Shown here: positions 1 to 10,415 of the stretch, one piece after another
Numbering within the stretch: the stretch's first letter is position 1
Layout of the letters: every line of letters begins with the position of its first letter
DNA from: an uncultured Bacteroidales bacterium
GTDB taxonomy: Bacteria; Bacteroidota; Bacteroidia; Bacteroidales; UBA932
NCBI GenBank assembly: GCA_910585445.1
Contig: CAJUEK010000007.1
Span: 1,596 to 65,595 of the forward strand
DNA: 64,000 bases
Direction: 5' to 3'
The notes under the pieces: generated by a model
Database searches by the model: none
Told to the model about the DNA's origin: nothing
The model's input: the letters and a program-made list of their open reading frames with translations, nothing else
Made by a program: the position numbers and the translations under genes

Positions 1-798
1 CCTGTAACAGCAGAGCTGATGACAAAACTTCCGGAGGGAACAGCATATCAGGAAGCATTGGCAGATATGTCTTGCCCGGGATTGGCATTCCCATCAGACA
101 TTGATATACCAGACGGTTCCATCGCACTTCATCCGATATTCGGCATCGTAACCTGGGCTTCACGTTGGTATTTTTCTACGGAAAAATTCATTGCAAATCT
201 CAAGGCAGCGGAAGAGAACCCTGCCATCATAGCACACCTTATCAGGATTGACAGCCCAGGCGGAGAAGCATTCGGATGCCACGAAGCATTTGTCGCAGTG
301 AAACAACTGAAAAAACCATGCATCGCCATAATAGACTCCATCTGTGCCTCTGGGGCATATTGGATTGCATGTGCAGCTGACAAGATATATGCAAGTTCCA
401 TGTTTTCCGAAATAGGGTCAATCGGGGCAATGGGAATAATCCGCAGTGAACGCAAATGGATGGAGAAACAAGGTTTTGAGGAAATCGTTTGCTATTCAAA
501 ACATTCTGACCTCAAGAACAAATTCGGAAGAGATGTTCTGGACGGGCATCCGGAAGAATATATAAGCCGGATGCTGGACCCACTCGCGGAACAATTCATT
601 GCTGACGTAAGAAGCACGAGAAAAATTCAAGACGGATCAGAAGCGCTGAGAGGACAGATATTCTACGCGGCCAATGCACAGTCTGAAAATCTTATTGATG
701 GGGAAATGTCAGTCTGTGATGCCATCTCCATCATAATATCAAAAGCGGAAGCAGACAAGGACATAAATATCAACAATCTTAATATTATTTTGGAATGA
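1..798 (+). CDS. S49 family peptidase (phage prohead/maturation protease), probably 5'-truncated by window edge
   Basis: IDSPGG and CASGAYWIA motifs plus IGSIG; frame is open from position 1. Confidence 0.85.
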   Translation, partial: PVTAELMTKLPEGTAYQEALADMSCPGLAFPSDIDIPDGSIALHPIFGIVTWASRWYFSTEKFIANLKAAEENPAIIAHLIRIDSPGGEAFGCHEAFVAVKQLKKPCIAIIDSICASGAYWIACAADKIYASSMFSEIGSIGAMGIIRSERKWMEKQGFEEIVCYSKHSDLKNKFGRDVLDGHPEEYISRMLDPLAEQFIADVRSTRKIQDGSEALRGQIFYAANAQSENLIDGEMSVCDAISIIISKAEADKDININNLNIILE

Positions 799-2672
799 AA
801 TTTTTGGATTTTCTCAAACAGGCAGTAGCCAAGCTTGGACTTGAATCTAAATTCGCTGCCAAGGAGCTGAGTCCCGAAGAGCAGAAGTCGCTTATCAAGG
901 CGTATGAAGAAGCTTCCGGGAGCAAATTTTCTGATGATTTGGCCGCATATCAGGCTGCAGAAAGAGAAGCTGCGGAAAACCAGGCCATGGCAGAGGCATT
1001 CAAAGAGCTTGCGTCAGTATTCGGTAAAGAATCAGCATCGCATATGTCTCCGGATGCAGTTGTCTCTGACATAAAAAAGGAAATGTCGCATATGAAACAA
1101 ACCATCGAGACATTAGGGCGGATGAGCCAGGGGGATGAACCGGAAAAGAAAGTAGAACAGGAAAGAATCAACATTTCCGGAGCACATACCAAAGACTACG
1201 CCTTTGGCATTAAGCACCCGATGTTCAGCGCTCAGAAGAGGTGGAACAAAGCGGCAATTTGCGGAAAGAAGGATGACAAGGATGCGTCATATGAAGAACA
1301 GAGCGAGTTCAGAAAAGAATTCAACAAATTCGCCGAGAAGCTCTCTGAAAGATATGCTCAGCTTGTCCGCGACAACAGTCTGTCAGAAGTAAAGAAAGGC
1401 ACAGCTGACTATTCTCTTCTCAAAGATGCTGAAATCGGAACACAGTATTTCATCCGCCGTATGGACGCACTCATTGCCCGTATAGAATCACTTCCCTCTC
1501 TCTCCGGCATCTTCCCTACCAGGTCCAACATCCAGGACGGCGATGTTCTGACAAACGTCCTGTTCAAGGAACTCTCACAGGCATACCAGAAAGGCCACAT
1601 CTCAAAAGGCGGATATAAGCTTGAGCCGGAAAAAGCCAAAGTCCACAAGGTGATGATGAAATACCTGATAGAAGACATGTCCTGGATAGAGGAGTCATAT
1701 CTCGGCTATCTCAACACATCAGGTTCAGACCCTGTAAAATGGTCCATGATTGAATGGCTCGTGCTCTGTATCGCGGAGCAGCTTAATGCGGAACAGATTG
1801 AGCGCGACATACTCGGTTATCGCGTTGAGCCTAAGGAGGGAGAAAGCGGAATGGGCATGTTCGCCTCCACCGGCGTAGTGCACCGTCTCATCTCATATTA
1901 CGATGAGCACAAAGTGCTGCCGTTTGACGATGAGGATATTGCCGGTTACAACAAGAGCAATATCGGAGATGTCCTGGAGGCATTTATGGATTCCATTTCC
2001 GAGAAAGTGAAGAATGTTTCAAAATATGCCGTATATGTGAATGAGAAGCACAAGGCGTGGTACAAGGCATGGTACACTGCAAAATATGGCACCAATGCCG
2101 ATTTCAGCGGAGTGAGGTTTACCGTTCCAAACCACGAAAACGAAATCATTTTCGTTCCTGGCATGAGGAACCTCAAGCTGATCTTTGCCACTATACCCGG
2201 GAACATCCAGCTTTTGGAATTCGTTCCAGGAGAACGTAACAAGCTGACATTCCAAAGGGATCTTGAGGCCGTATGGGTCTGCTCATATTGGAAGTCAGGA
2301 GTAGGCGTGACCTTCTCGGGAGCCAAAAAGGACTCCATTGAGGAGCTGAAAAAAGCAGACGGCGCAGACCAGATGATTTTCATGAACTGGCCTGCAGTCA
2401 CACTGGCCCCGGACGCTGCCGAACTCAACGGCAAGACCGACATCATCTTCCGTACCGGAGCCAACACAAAAGTGACAGTCCTCACTGACATAACAGATGC
2501 GCAGGAGGATATGATCTACCGTATCGAGCTCGGTGACAGCACTCATCCTTCCAAGATTGACAAGACCGGCAAGTTCGACCAGCTGACTTCGGCCTGGGCA
2601 CCTTCAAAGACCGGAGAATATATAAAGCTGTACTACAAGGACGGTAAGTTCTACGATGTGGACAGAGGTTGA
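795..2672 (+). CDS. Probable major capsid protein with N-terminal scaffold-like helical region and C-terminal extra domain
   Basis: 625 aa, coupled to the protease gene; charged helical N-terminus; position in head module (inference). Confidence 0.6.
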   Translation: MKFLDFLKQAVAKLGLESKFAAKELSPEEQKSLIKAYEEASGSKFSDDLAAYQAAEREAAENQAMAEAFKELASVFGKESASHMSPDAVVSDIKKEMSHMKQTIETLGRMSQGDEPEKKVEQERINISGAHTKDYAFGIKHPMFSAQKRWNKAAICGKKDDKDASYEEQSEFRKEFNKFAEKLSERYAQLVRDNSLSEVKKGTADYSLLKDAEIGTQYFIRRMDALIARIESLPSLSGIFPTRSNIQDGDVLTNVLFKELSQAYQKGHISKGGYKLEPEKAKVHKVMMKYLIEDMSWIEESYLGYLNTSGSDPVKWSMIEWLVLCIAEQLNAEQIERDILGYRVEPKEGESGMGMFASTGVVHRLISYYDEHKVLPFDDEDIAGYNKSNIGDVLEAFMDSISEKVKNVSKYAVYVNEKHKAWYKAWYTAKYGTNADFSGVRFTVPNHENEIIFVPGMRNLKLIFATIPGNIQLLEFVPGERNKLTFQRDLEAVWVCSYWKSGVGVTFSGAKKDSIEELKKADGADQMIFMNWPAVTLAPDAAELNGKTDIIFRTGANTKVTVLTDITDAQEDMIYRIELGDSTHPSKIDKTGKFDQLTSAWAPSKTGEYIKLYYKDGKFYDVDRG

Positions 2673-2693
2673 CATGATTAAAACTTATGCAAT

Positions 2694-3245
2694 ATGACAA
2701 TTAACACATTTGACGACATCCCGGCAGTAAATGACCGTGACACCCACGGCAAGAGAATCTATCACAAGGTTTTCCTGCTAAAGGAAGACGATGTCAACTA
2801 CAGCAGATTGCCTGCGATTGACGACAGCGCACGCACATGCGAAGAGTTTGTCCTCAAAGCAAATGCTGACGGCTGGAAATGCTTCAGCTACGTAAGGAAC
2901 ACACTCGAAGAGACCTCGGAGTCAAGCAAAGGTGACATCACATCTACTGTCACAAATACTTTCTCCGGAACGCTCGGAGGTTCAAGGCCTGTAATTGACA
3001 GGTTCATTGAAAACCATCAGGGAGACAATTTCTTCATAGGGTACATAGACATTTACTCCGGAAAGAAATACATACTCGGAAGGCCTTATTCTCCGATGCA
3101 GCTTACTGCTTTCAAGAGATTGAACGGCAAGGACAGCGCATCATGCGACACGACCTTTACCAACGAGTCGTTCTTCCAGCCTCTGGAATATCTCGGAAAT
3201 TTCCCTCTGAATCCTGAAGATGACGGGATGGGCTCCGAAGAGTAA
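2694..3245 (+). CDS. Phage structural protein, possibly tail tube
   Basis: 183 aa, Thr/Ser- and beta-rich; follows capsid, ends at a terminator and precedes a frameshift gene. Confidence 0.45.
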   Translation: MTINTFDDIPAVNDRDTHGKRIYHKVFLLKEDDVNYSRLPAIDDSARTCEEFVLKANADGWKCFSYVRNTLEETSESSKGDITSTVTNTFSGTLGGSRPVIDRFIENHQGDNFFIGYIDIYSGKKYILGRPYSPMQLTAFKRLNGKDSASCDTTFTNESFFQPLEYLGNFPLNPEDDGMGSEE

Positions 3246-3267
3246 CCTGACTATGTTTTTCTGATAT

Positions 3268-3294
3268 GGGCTGTCCGTCAAAGGCAGCCCTTTT
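3268..3294 (+). terminator. Intrinsic terminator after abundant structural genes
   Basis: GGGCTGTC-cgtcaaa-GGCAGCCC hairpin followed by TTTT. Confidence 0.6.
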
Positions 3295-3307
3295 AACACT
3301 CTACATT

Positions 3308-4071
3308 ATGTATGACTTTAAAGAAAGACAGGCGCTTACAAGAAAAATAGCATCGCCAGAAAACATAAGCATCTATCGTGAGCTGTTGTCAGCATATGGA
3401 AGCAGGCAGGCAAGGACGCTGATGAGCGACAAGGTTCAGCTTGCACGTATGCTTGTATATGAACTTTTAGGATATTGCCGGGCAGATGAAATCATCGCGT
3501 CCTGCAAGATGCCAGACACAGCAGCCTCCCGAAAATCACATCATCAAACGCAGGAATCAGTAAAAAAAAAGTCAGCAAATTTGATGAATATCCTAGAATC
3601 CCGTGGAAAGAGCTTGATGACCCGGTTGTCAGGACTGCGGACAGCATCTATTCGGATAGGATCAATTGCTGGAGCAGACTCAAAGAAATAGACTCTCACC
3701 TGGATACTGAAGCTGATACAGACCTATTGGCCGAGTACATTGACAAATCCATAAGGATGTCACTATGCTTCGATGAACTGAGAAGCTTTAATGACAATGG
3801 ACGTTTTCTCGGAAAACACCATTTCGTATCCAGACAAAGTGAACGTGAAAAAATATTTCAAGACTTGACAAACAATCCGGAAAAATACTTTGAGGACAGG
3901 AAGAACATTGAACTGAATATATCAAGATATTCGTCCTATCTCAAGAACAACCGACACAGTGACCTCAAGAAAAGACAATACGAAGAATGCCTGAACAGGC
4001 ACAAGGCGACCTTAAGGTTGTATAAGGAATGTTTCAATGATTTTGTGAATGGAAAAAGAATACCAGGATGA
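3308..4071 (+). CDS. Phage protein spanning two frames joined by a probable -1 frameshift (0-frame 3308-3691; -1 frame to 4071)
   Basis: A_AAA_AAG heptamer at 3565-3571 in the correct phase; -1 frame open from 3490 to 4071 with no ATG near its start. Confidence 0.6.
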
Positions 4072-4363
4072 TTTTATTGCAAGAGTAAAAGACCTTGCGA
4101 CAATCCAACTTACACCATCCCAAATAGCTGAAAGGCTATCGCTCACCGGTTCTGGGCGCAGAGCATTCATGAGGGACATAAAAAACAAGAAACATCCCCT
4201 ATATGCTGCATACACAGACTCCAGGGAGAACGGCAGCCAGGACATCATGTGCACATTGCATTCCATAGCCTCCGATGGTGACATCGATGCCATTGAACTT
4301 AGCGCAAGACTCACCAAGGAGGCCGATGTCAACGAACTCAAAAAAGAACTTTTCGGCATATGA
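4049..4363 (+). CDS. Phage protein with HTH-like segment (terminase small subunit candidate)
   Basis: LTPSQIAERL helix-turn-helix-like motif; lies upstream of terminase. Confidence 0.5.
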   Translation: MEKEYQDDFIARVKDLATIQLTPSQIAERLSLTGSGRRAFMRDIKNKKHPLYAAYTDSRENGSQDIMCTLHSIASDGDIDAIELSARLTKEADVNELKKELFGI

Positions 4364-5001
4364 ACGACAGGCTTGACAAACTCCGGTCTTATGATACAGA
4401 CACCGTCAGGAACTACCTCAATACGAGGGAAAGCTACACAATACCGCCGGATATGCAGCGCTACATACTGTATCTGAATTCTGCTGCAAGCATTATCCAT
4501 CACAACGGAACAAATCTCACAAGAGCCTCAAAAGCGCTCATGCTTGAATATCCTGAACTGACATTTGCACAAGCCAAAAGAATATATTACGATGCAATTG
4601 AATACTTCTATATTGACGACACTGTCTCTGCCCGTGCCTGGGATATGGTTTTTGCCGATCAATTTGAGGACCTGAAGAATCTTGCGATAAAAGAAGACAA
4701 GCTTGATGTCGCACGGAAATGCATGGAGAAGGCACACGAGCTCAGAACTATGACGCGCGAGTCGCTTGATTATGACTGGGAACCTCCTGTATTCCTCATA
4801 TCAACGACCGTCAAGCCGGAAGACCTCGGATTCAAAAGCCAGAAACTCCTGGAAATAGCCAAGCGTGCGGAAGACAAGGAATTGAAAATCATGATTGATT
4901 CACTTGAGACGACCGATACCGAAAAACGCCGGCTCTATAAAGAAGCGAACATAAAAGACGCCGAATATATAAAAGTTGACGAATCTGATGAAGAACTGTA
5001 A
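4360..5001 (+). CDS. Phage hypothetical protein (alternative terminase small subunit candidate)
   Basis: 213 aa helical protein overlapping both neighbours; directly precedes terL. Confidence 0.6.
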   Translation: MNDRLDKLRSYDTDTVRNYLNTRESYTIPPDMQRYILYLNSAASIIHHNGTNLTRASKALMLEYPELTFAQAKRIYYDAIEYFYIDDTVSARAWDMVFADQFEDLKNLAIKEDKLDVARKCMEKAHELRTMTRESLDYDWEPPVFLISTTVKPEDLGFKSQKLLEIAKRAEDKELKIMIDSLETTDTEKRRLYKEANIKDAEYIKVDESDEEL

Positions 5002-6691
5002 GGACACTTCAACTGATTTCCTTGAAATCTATCAGAACACTGCCCAAGCCCTTGCGACAATAGTTGATCCGAACAAGCTGATAACGGTAGCCGGGCGCGG
5101 AACAGGAAAGACGACCCACATCACATCCCCACGTATTTTAAGAGTCGCATCGGAAATGCCGCGCGAGACCTCGGTAATATCACACAAATCATACGTGGCC
5201 CTCTTCGCCAATGTCATCCCTGCAGTACTGTCATTTTTCCGCAGTGACGGGGCAAACGGACGTCCCCTGTTGTCAGAAGGCAAAGACTATGTCATCGGAG
5301 AAAAAGACTTGCCGCGGCACTTCACACCACCCAGGACCCCTGTACTGTATCCGGAGCACTCGATAGTATTTGCAAATGGACATGTTCTGCAGGCCGTTTC
5401 CGTAGACCGGCCGGACTCCATTGCCGGTTCTTCCGTCGTACATGGTTTTTTTGAGGAAATGAAGCACTCTGACGGAGAAAAACTCAGGACCAGGATAATT
5501 CCGGCCATCAGGACCTCAAGAATCAGCAGCGGAAGCGCAGCGCACAACTCCCATCTGCACGGAGGCATAACAGGCGTTTCCGACATAGGACGCGTATCTG
5601 CCGGAGAAGACAACTGGTTTACCGATTATGAAAAAGACGTGGATGAGCAGCTGATATCCGACATAATTTCTTTAAGCCTGCATGTAAACAAGGCCCTGGT
5701 GAATATCCGGCTGCAGGAGAAGATACAGCAAAGCCAGTCGATATTAAAGCGGTACCGGCCTGTCCTTAACAAACTTCGCAAACAGGCGACACTCTATCTG
5801 CGTGTCAGCACATTCATAAACAGGGACGTTCTCGGTCTGGAATACTTCAAGACGCAGAGGGAAATGCTTTCGGCGTCAGAATTCCTCTCGTCCATCTGCT
5901 CAATCGGTGACCGCAACTATGAAAACCTGTTCTTTGAATTATGGAACGAAGACAGGCACACGTATAACGATTCGTATAAATACGACATCCTGACAAAACT
6001 CACACTCAAAGACACTTTCAGGATTGACGCATCATATCTGAAATATTTTGACCCTTCAGAAAAGCTGCTTCTCGGCTATGATCCGGGAAGCTTTGCCTCA
6101 ATTGTCGCGGCACAGGAAAAACCATCTGAGAATATGCTGCGCATACTGAAGGAATTTTTCGTTTATCCTCCCCAGGATATCGCGGATCTTGCCGGTGCTG
6201 TCAGCGCATTCTTTTCATGCTCAAAATTCAGACGCATCGACCTTTATTACGACCGTGCCGGAAACAAGAAAAACCATAAACGCGCCAACGAGACAGATGC
6301 GAAAGAGCTGAAGGCCGAACTTGAGAAATACGGGTGGACAGTCACACTGAAAAATCTCGGCCAGGCCACTATCTTCCACTGGCAGCATCACAGACTCTGG
6401 AAACGTCTTCTTGCCGAAAATGAGCGCCCGGTTCCAAGGATAAGAATTGACTCGAACGAATGCCCTAACCTGGTCAGCGCAATGTACTGCTGCAAGAAGA
6501 TTCCGGGCTCGTCTCCCGTAGAGCTCGACAAGTCTCCGGAAAGGAAAGTTGACATAAGACTGCAGGCTGGGCTCACCCCTCAGATACCATCAGCAATGAC
6601 ATATCTCGTATGGGGACTTTATGAAAAATTCTTCCCAGGTTTGAAAAATACGCACATTTCAGGTGCAGGAATAACCAATTTCGGCCTCTGA
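4976..6691 (+). CDS. terL: Terminase large subunit
   Basis: Walker A AGRGTGKT, Walker B-like FFEEMKH, nuclease-domain LGYDPG. Confidence 0.85.
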   Translation: MTNLMKNCKDTSTDFLEIYQNTAQALATIVDPNKLITVAGRGTGKTTHITSPRILRVASEMPRETSVISHKSYVALFANVIPAVLSFFRSDGANGRPLLSEGKDYVIGEKDLPRHFTPPRTPVLYPEHSIVFANGHVLQAVSVDRPDSIAGSSVVHGFFEEMKHSDGEKLRTRIIPAIRTSRISSGSAAHNSHLHGGITGVSDIGRVSAGEDNWFTDYEKDVDEQLISDIISLSLHVNKALVNIRLQEKIQQSQSILKRYRPVLNKLRKQATLYLRVSTFINRDVLGLEYFKTQREMLSASEFLSSICSIGDRNYENLFFELWNEDRHTYNDSYKYDILTKLTLKDTFRIDASYLKYFDPSEKLLLGYDPGSFASIVAAQEKPSENMLRILKEFFVYPPQDIADLAGAVSAFFSCSKFRRIDLYYDRAGNKKNHKRANETDAKELKAELEKYGWTVTLKNLGQATIFHWQHHRLWKRLLAENERPVPRIRIDSNECPNLVSAMYCCKKIPGSSPVELDKSPERKVDIRLQAGLTPQIPSAMTYLVWGLYEKFFPGLKNTHISGAGITNFGL

Positions 6692-6933
6692 TTTTCACAA
6701 AAACATGCCGGATTTTGATACTTTTGGACGTTTTAGATTTGCCCAATATACTATCACTCATTCAATTGACTGAAAAATTTACAGGCAATTTCCATTTTAT
6801 CCGCTTAAAGCGCCCGAGGCCACTGGTTTTTCGGACTGCATTGCACTGCCCGCAAAGCCGGACATATGACAAAACGATTCTGTCCTTTCGCTTGTGCAAT
6901 ACACGGAATACTTTTGCAATAAATCTTGATGGA

Positions 6934-7245
6934 ATGGATACGATAAAAGGTACTGATGCCATACGTAAGGCAGAACTGGTCTCAAAGTCCGGAGGTGATT
7001 TCTCAATGGCATTCTTTCCGTTTTCGAGGAAAAAGCCCTCCAAAGGGAAAGTCGGTCTCAAAGTATCGGAAGGCTGTACATGTAGGCTGCCTCTTCCCCG
7101 TGACAGATTTGACATTGACAGCCGGCATTTCTTTCTATACTGCGACCAGGAACTGAACCCGAAGATGTGTTATAAGATACTGATAAGATATATCGGCTTT
7201 CCTGAAGACGGATACAAACTTAAAAAAGTAATATGGTATGAATAG
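6934..7245 (+). CDS. Phage hypothetical protein (103 aa)
   Basis: ATG at 6934 downstream of a -7 box (TACTTTTG 6909-6916); overlaps portal start. Confidence 0.65.
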   Translation: MDTIKGTDAIRKAELVSKSGGDFSMAFFPFSRKKPSKGKVGLKVSEGCTCRLPLPRDRFDIDSRHFFLYCDQELNPKMCYKILIRYIGFPEDGYKLKKVIWYE

Positions 7246-8710
7246 ATTTGGATACCTTTCCTCCGGAGGAGATGTATATACCTATCAGATCGGCGAATCG
7301 GACATTCACGCGGCAGACAACTCGGACCCGGCATCACATTCATTACCGGCAAGAAACGAGCTGATGTCAGTATCCGGCTACTATGTCTGTCCTGCCGGCC
7401 AGGACAACCTTGAGCCTAATACTGCTGACGACATGATTTCCGGCAACAGACTGCTCCCGGAACTCATCGAAAAACAATGCAAGATCCTATACGGAAGAGG
7501 TCCGATGCTTTATGTGGATTCCGTCACTCCGGAAGGTGAAGTAATGCGCAAATATGTAAGGAACGACAAAATATCAGCCTGGCTCGATTCATGGCTTGAG
7601 AACGGACTGCCGGACAGCTTTGAGACATACATCAACAAAGCCATCAGGTCATATTATTATTCGGAAGGTATCTTCACCAAGTGGCATCTTTCAAGAGGAC
7701 TGAGAGCAGGACTGGCCGGAGCTGTTCCTGTAGCAGGGCTGGAGCATATCTCCGAACTCAGATGCCGCATGGCTTCCAGAAAGAATATGTCTGGAAAGAC
7801 TGATTTTGAAGACCGGGACTTTGACACAGTGATTGTCGGGAACTGGGTCTGCGGTTTATCATCCGAATTCAAGGTATATCCGAGATTCGACTACGCAATG
7901 CCGATACAGCGCAACAGTGCTGTCTCCTACAGCAAGAATCCGACGCACGGAGAAGAAATTTATGCATATAATGTATTCTTCAAAGGCATCAAAGAATGGA
8001 TCAGGGGAAGCAATATGACACCGGCATACATCAACAACTATCTCGAAAACGCCCTGTCCGCAAGGCTTCACATAATCATACCGAATGCCTGGGTAAGTGC
8101 AAAGGAGTCAGCACTGCGCCAGATGTGCGAGATAAATGCCAAACGGAAACTGGACAATCAGCCGATGATGACAATACAGGTCGGCAAACACGAGATGGAA
8201 CCGGGAACCGAATATTCCGACGAAATACTCGGCAGATACATAAGCCTTGAGCTGAAGAACCTGACGGAATTCCTTTCAGGACGCGGAAAGAACCAGGGTA
8301 AAGTCTATGCCACCAGAAGTTTCATAAATGAATCCGGAGATGAGGAGCGGTGGAAGATTGAAGAAATACCGCAGAAATACAAAGAATTCATCGAGGCTCT
8401 GCTAAGTTATGACAAAAGGGCTGACATGGTGCTGCTGTCAGCCAAAGGAATAGATTCAAGCATAAGCAATGTGAGCAGCGAGGGAATCATATCAAAATCA
8501 GGTTCGGATGCCTACTACAATTATATGATTTACCTTACCCAACAGTCCATTCCGGAAAAGATTGTATGCGCAGATGTCAATTATGCGCTTAAGCTGAATT
8601 TTCCGAAGGACTATGCCCAAGGCATAAGGATAGGCTTCTATCGTCCTTCCGTACATAAACAGGAAGAGATATCCCCTTCAAAGAGAATGTCCAACCAAGA
8701 TGAAGTGTAA
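7238..8710 (+). CDS. Probable portal protein
   Basis: 490 aa, after terminase; portal-like size and C-terminal SGSD motif. Confidence 0.7.
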   Translation: MNRFGYLSSGGDVYTYQIGESDIHAADNSDPASHSLPARNELMSVSGYYVCPAGQDNLEPNTADDMISGNRLLPELIEKQCKILYGRGPMLYVDSVTPEGEVMRKYVRNDKISAWLDSWLENGLPDSFETYINKAIRSYYYSEGIFTKWHLSRGLRAGLAGAVPVAGLEHISELRCRMASRKNMSGKTDFEDRDFDTVIVGNWVCGLSSEFKVYPRFDYAMPIQRNSAVSYSKNPTHGEEIYAYNVFFKGIKEWIRGSNMTPAYINNYLENALSARLHIIIPNAWVSAKESALRQMCEINAKRKLDNQPMMTIQVGKHEMEPGTEYSDEILGRYISLELKNLTEFLSGRGKNQGKVYATRSFINESGDEERWKIEEIPQKYKEFIEALLSYDKRADMVLLSAKGIDSSISNVSSEGIISKSGSDAYYNYMIYLTQQSIPEKIVCADVNYALKLNFPKDYAQGIRIGFYRPSVHKQEEISPSKRMSNQDEV

Positions 8711-8712
8711 TC

Positions 8713-9558
8713 ATGAAAGCAACAGCACTGTATAAAGACCTGGCGGATTTCAGAAAATATGCTGACGGCCTGGAAGCGGACACGAGCTTCACGCAGATTT
8801 CCGCATCCATAAGGTCTGCCGGAAGAGACGTCATCAATATAATCACTGCAGAAGTCTTCACATCCGTTGCATCCCTTGAAGACGAATCCGAGGGCAAGGA
8901 ACTTCTGAAGACCGCAGTAGCATGCGGCGCACTGTACCGGTATCAGATTTTTGCATCCGTAAAAAAGAACAATACAGAATCAAAACTCTACAAATACCAG
9001 CATGAAGAAATAAAGGAACACCACATCTGCGCATATTGGCTGGCCATGGATGAGCTGCTTGACTGGCTTGACCTCAATCCGGACACAGGAGGATACTCCC
9101 AGACGGAAATATACCTTGAACGGGAATCATTGCCAGTACGAAATGCAAAAGAGTTCAACTATTATTACGGGATAGACAACTCCAGCTATTTCTTTTCCAA
9201 GGTACAGTTCCTTATGCGTACTGTCTGGAAGAATATCCTGAAGCCGATGCTGCCGGAGAAATGGAAAGAGTCCGGGCAACTGTCAGATCTTGTCAAAAGG
9301 GTGCTTTGCTACAATGTGATTGCGGAAGCCGTCATGAAATTCGATGCAACAGAACTGCCGCGGTCCATAAGGTATGATTTCAATCACGAATATACCAAAG
9401 GCACACTGATGCAGGAACGGGAAAAATTGTATGCCGATATCATGGCGGACGTCAATGACTGGAAAGACAACATCAGCAGCATCGTGAAAGCCAACATAGG
9501 CATGTCAAATATGCAGCACAACCCGAACAACGAATCAGATAAATTCTATTTCACATGA
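8713..9558 (+). CDS. Phage protein resembling DUF6712 family (head-tail connector candidate)
   Basis: 281 aa directly after portal; recalled resemblance to Bacteroidota prophage proteins in this position. Confidence 0.5.
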   Translation: MKATALYKDLADFRKYADGLEADTSFTQISASIRSAGRDVINIITAEVFTSVASLEDESEGKELLKTAVACGALYRYQIFASVKKNNTESKLYKYQHEEIKEHHICAYWLAMDELLDWLDLNPDTGGYSQTEIYLERESLPVRNAKEFNYYYGIDNSSYFFSKVQFLMRTVWKNILKPMLPEKWKESGQLSDLVKRVLCYNVIAEAVMKFDATELPRSIRYDFNHEYTKGTLMQEREKLYADIMADVNDWKDNISSIVKANIGMSNMQHNPNNESDKFYFT

Positions 9559-10415
9559 TAAAGGTGTCTTTCAAAAAGAAAATTTATGCAATACCCACAA
9601 GATGGTCTGAGTTGAATCAGATTCAATTCATGGGTGTTTCAGAAGCCATGGAGCGCTTTGAGTCCGGAAATTGTGATTTTGAAGAATTCAAAATAATGAC
9701 AACTGTCGCGATACTGCAGCTGAATACGAAGAGAATGAGGCCGACAGATGCATTATATGAAAATCTGTTCCGGATTTCAGAGAAATTGGATTTTCCATAC
9801 ACGATTGAGGAAAAGCATGATTCCAGAGAAGTAAGCCTGAGAGTCATTCTTGACAGGCAGATTCTCCCGCAAATATACGACTACCAAGGCTATGAGTTTT
9901 CCTGCAGGAACGGAATGGCAGAGACTTCCATGTCCGCAGAAAGGTATGTCGACGCCATATCACTTATGCAGCTCTATTCCAAAAAGCGCAGTGACATTGT
10001 TCTTGACCGGTTGACTGCAGTACTTTATGCAGGCAGCCCATACGGCATCGATTCTGTCAAGTCAGTCAATGCTGGAGAAATTCCGCATCGTCTGAAAATA
10101 GCGGTTTATTACAATTTCCGTGGAATACTGGAATGGATAAAAAGGCTTCCGAAATATGACATCTTGTACAATGGAACCGGAAGCGGAAATACAGCCGGCT
10201 CTCCGATGGGACTTGAGGGAAGCATCTACACTTTGGCAAAATCCGGATACGGGTCATATAATGACATCTGCAATGTGAATCTGTTCACATATCTTGACCT
10301 GCTGCTGGACCAAAGCATCGAAAGCGTAAGGACCCTGAAAGGGGCTGGCCTGAAGCCCACGGAGATTGCCGAAAAGATGCACCTTCACCCTGAACAGATT
10401 ATGAATTTGCTATGA
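9555..10415 (+). CDS. Phage hypothetical protein
   Basis: 286 aa, ATGA-coupled within the operon. Confidence 0.7.
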   Translation: MIKVSFKKKIYAIPTRWSELNQIQFMGVSEAMERFESGNCDFEEFKIMTTVAILQLNTKRMRPTDALYENLFRISEKLDFPYTIEEKHDSREVSLRVILDRQILPQIYDYQGYEFSCRNGMAETSMSAERYVDAISLMQLYSKKRSDIVLDRLTAVLYAGSPYGIDSVKSVNAGEIPHRLKIAVYYNFRGILEWIKRLPKYDILYNGTGSGNTAGSPMGLEGSIYTLAKSGYGSYNDICNVNLFTYLDLLLDQSIESVRTLKGAGLKPTEIAEKMHLHPEQIMNLL

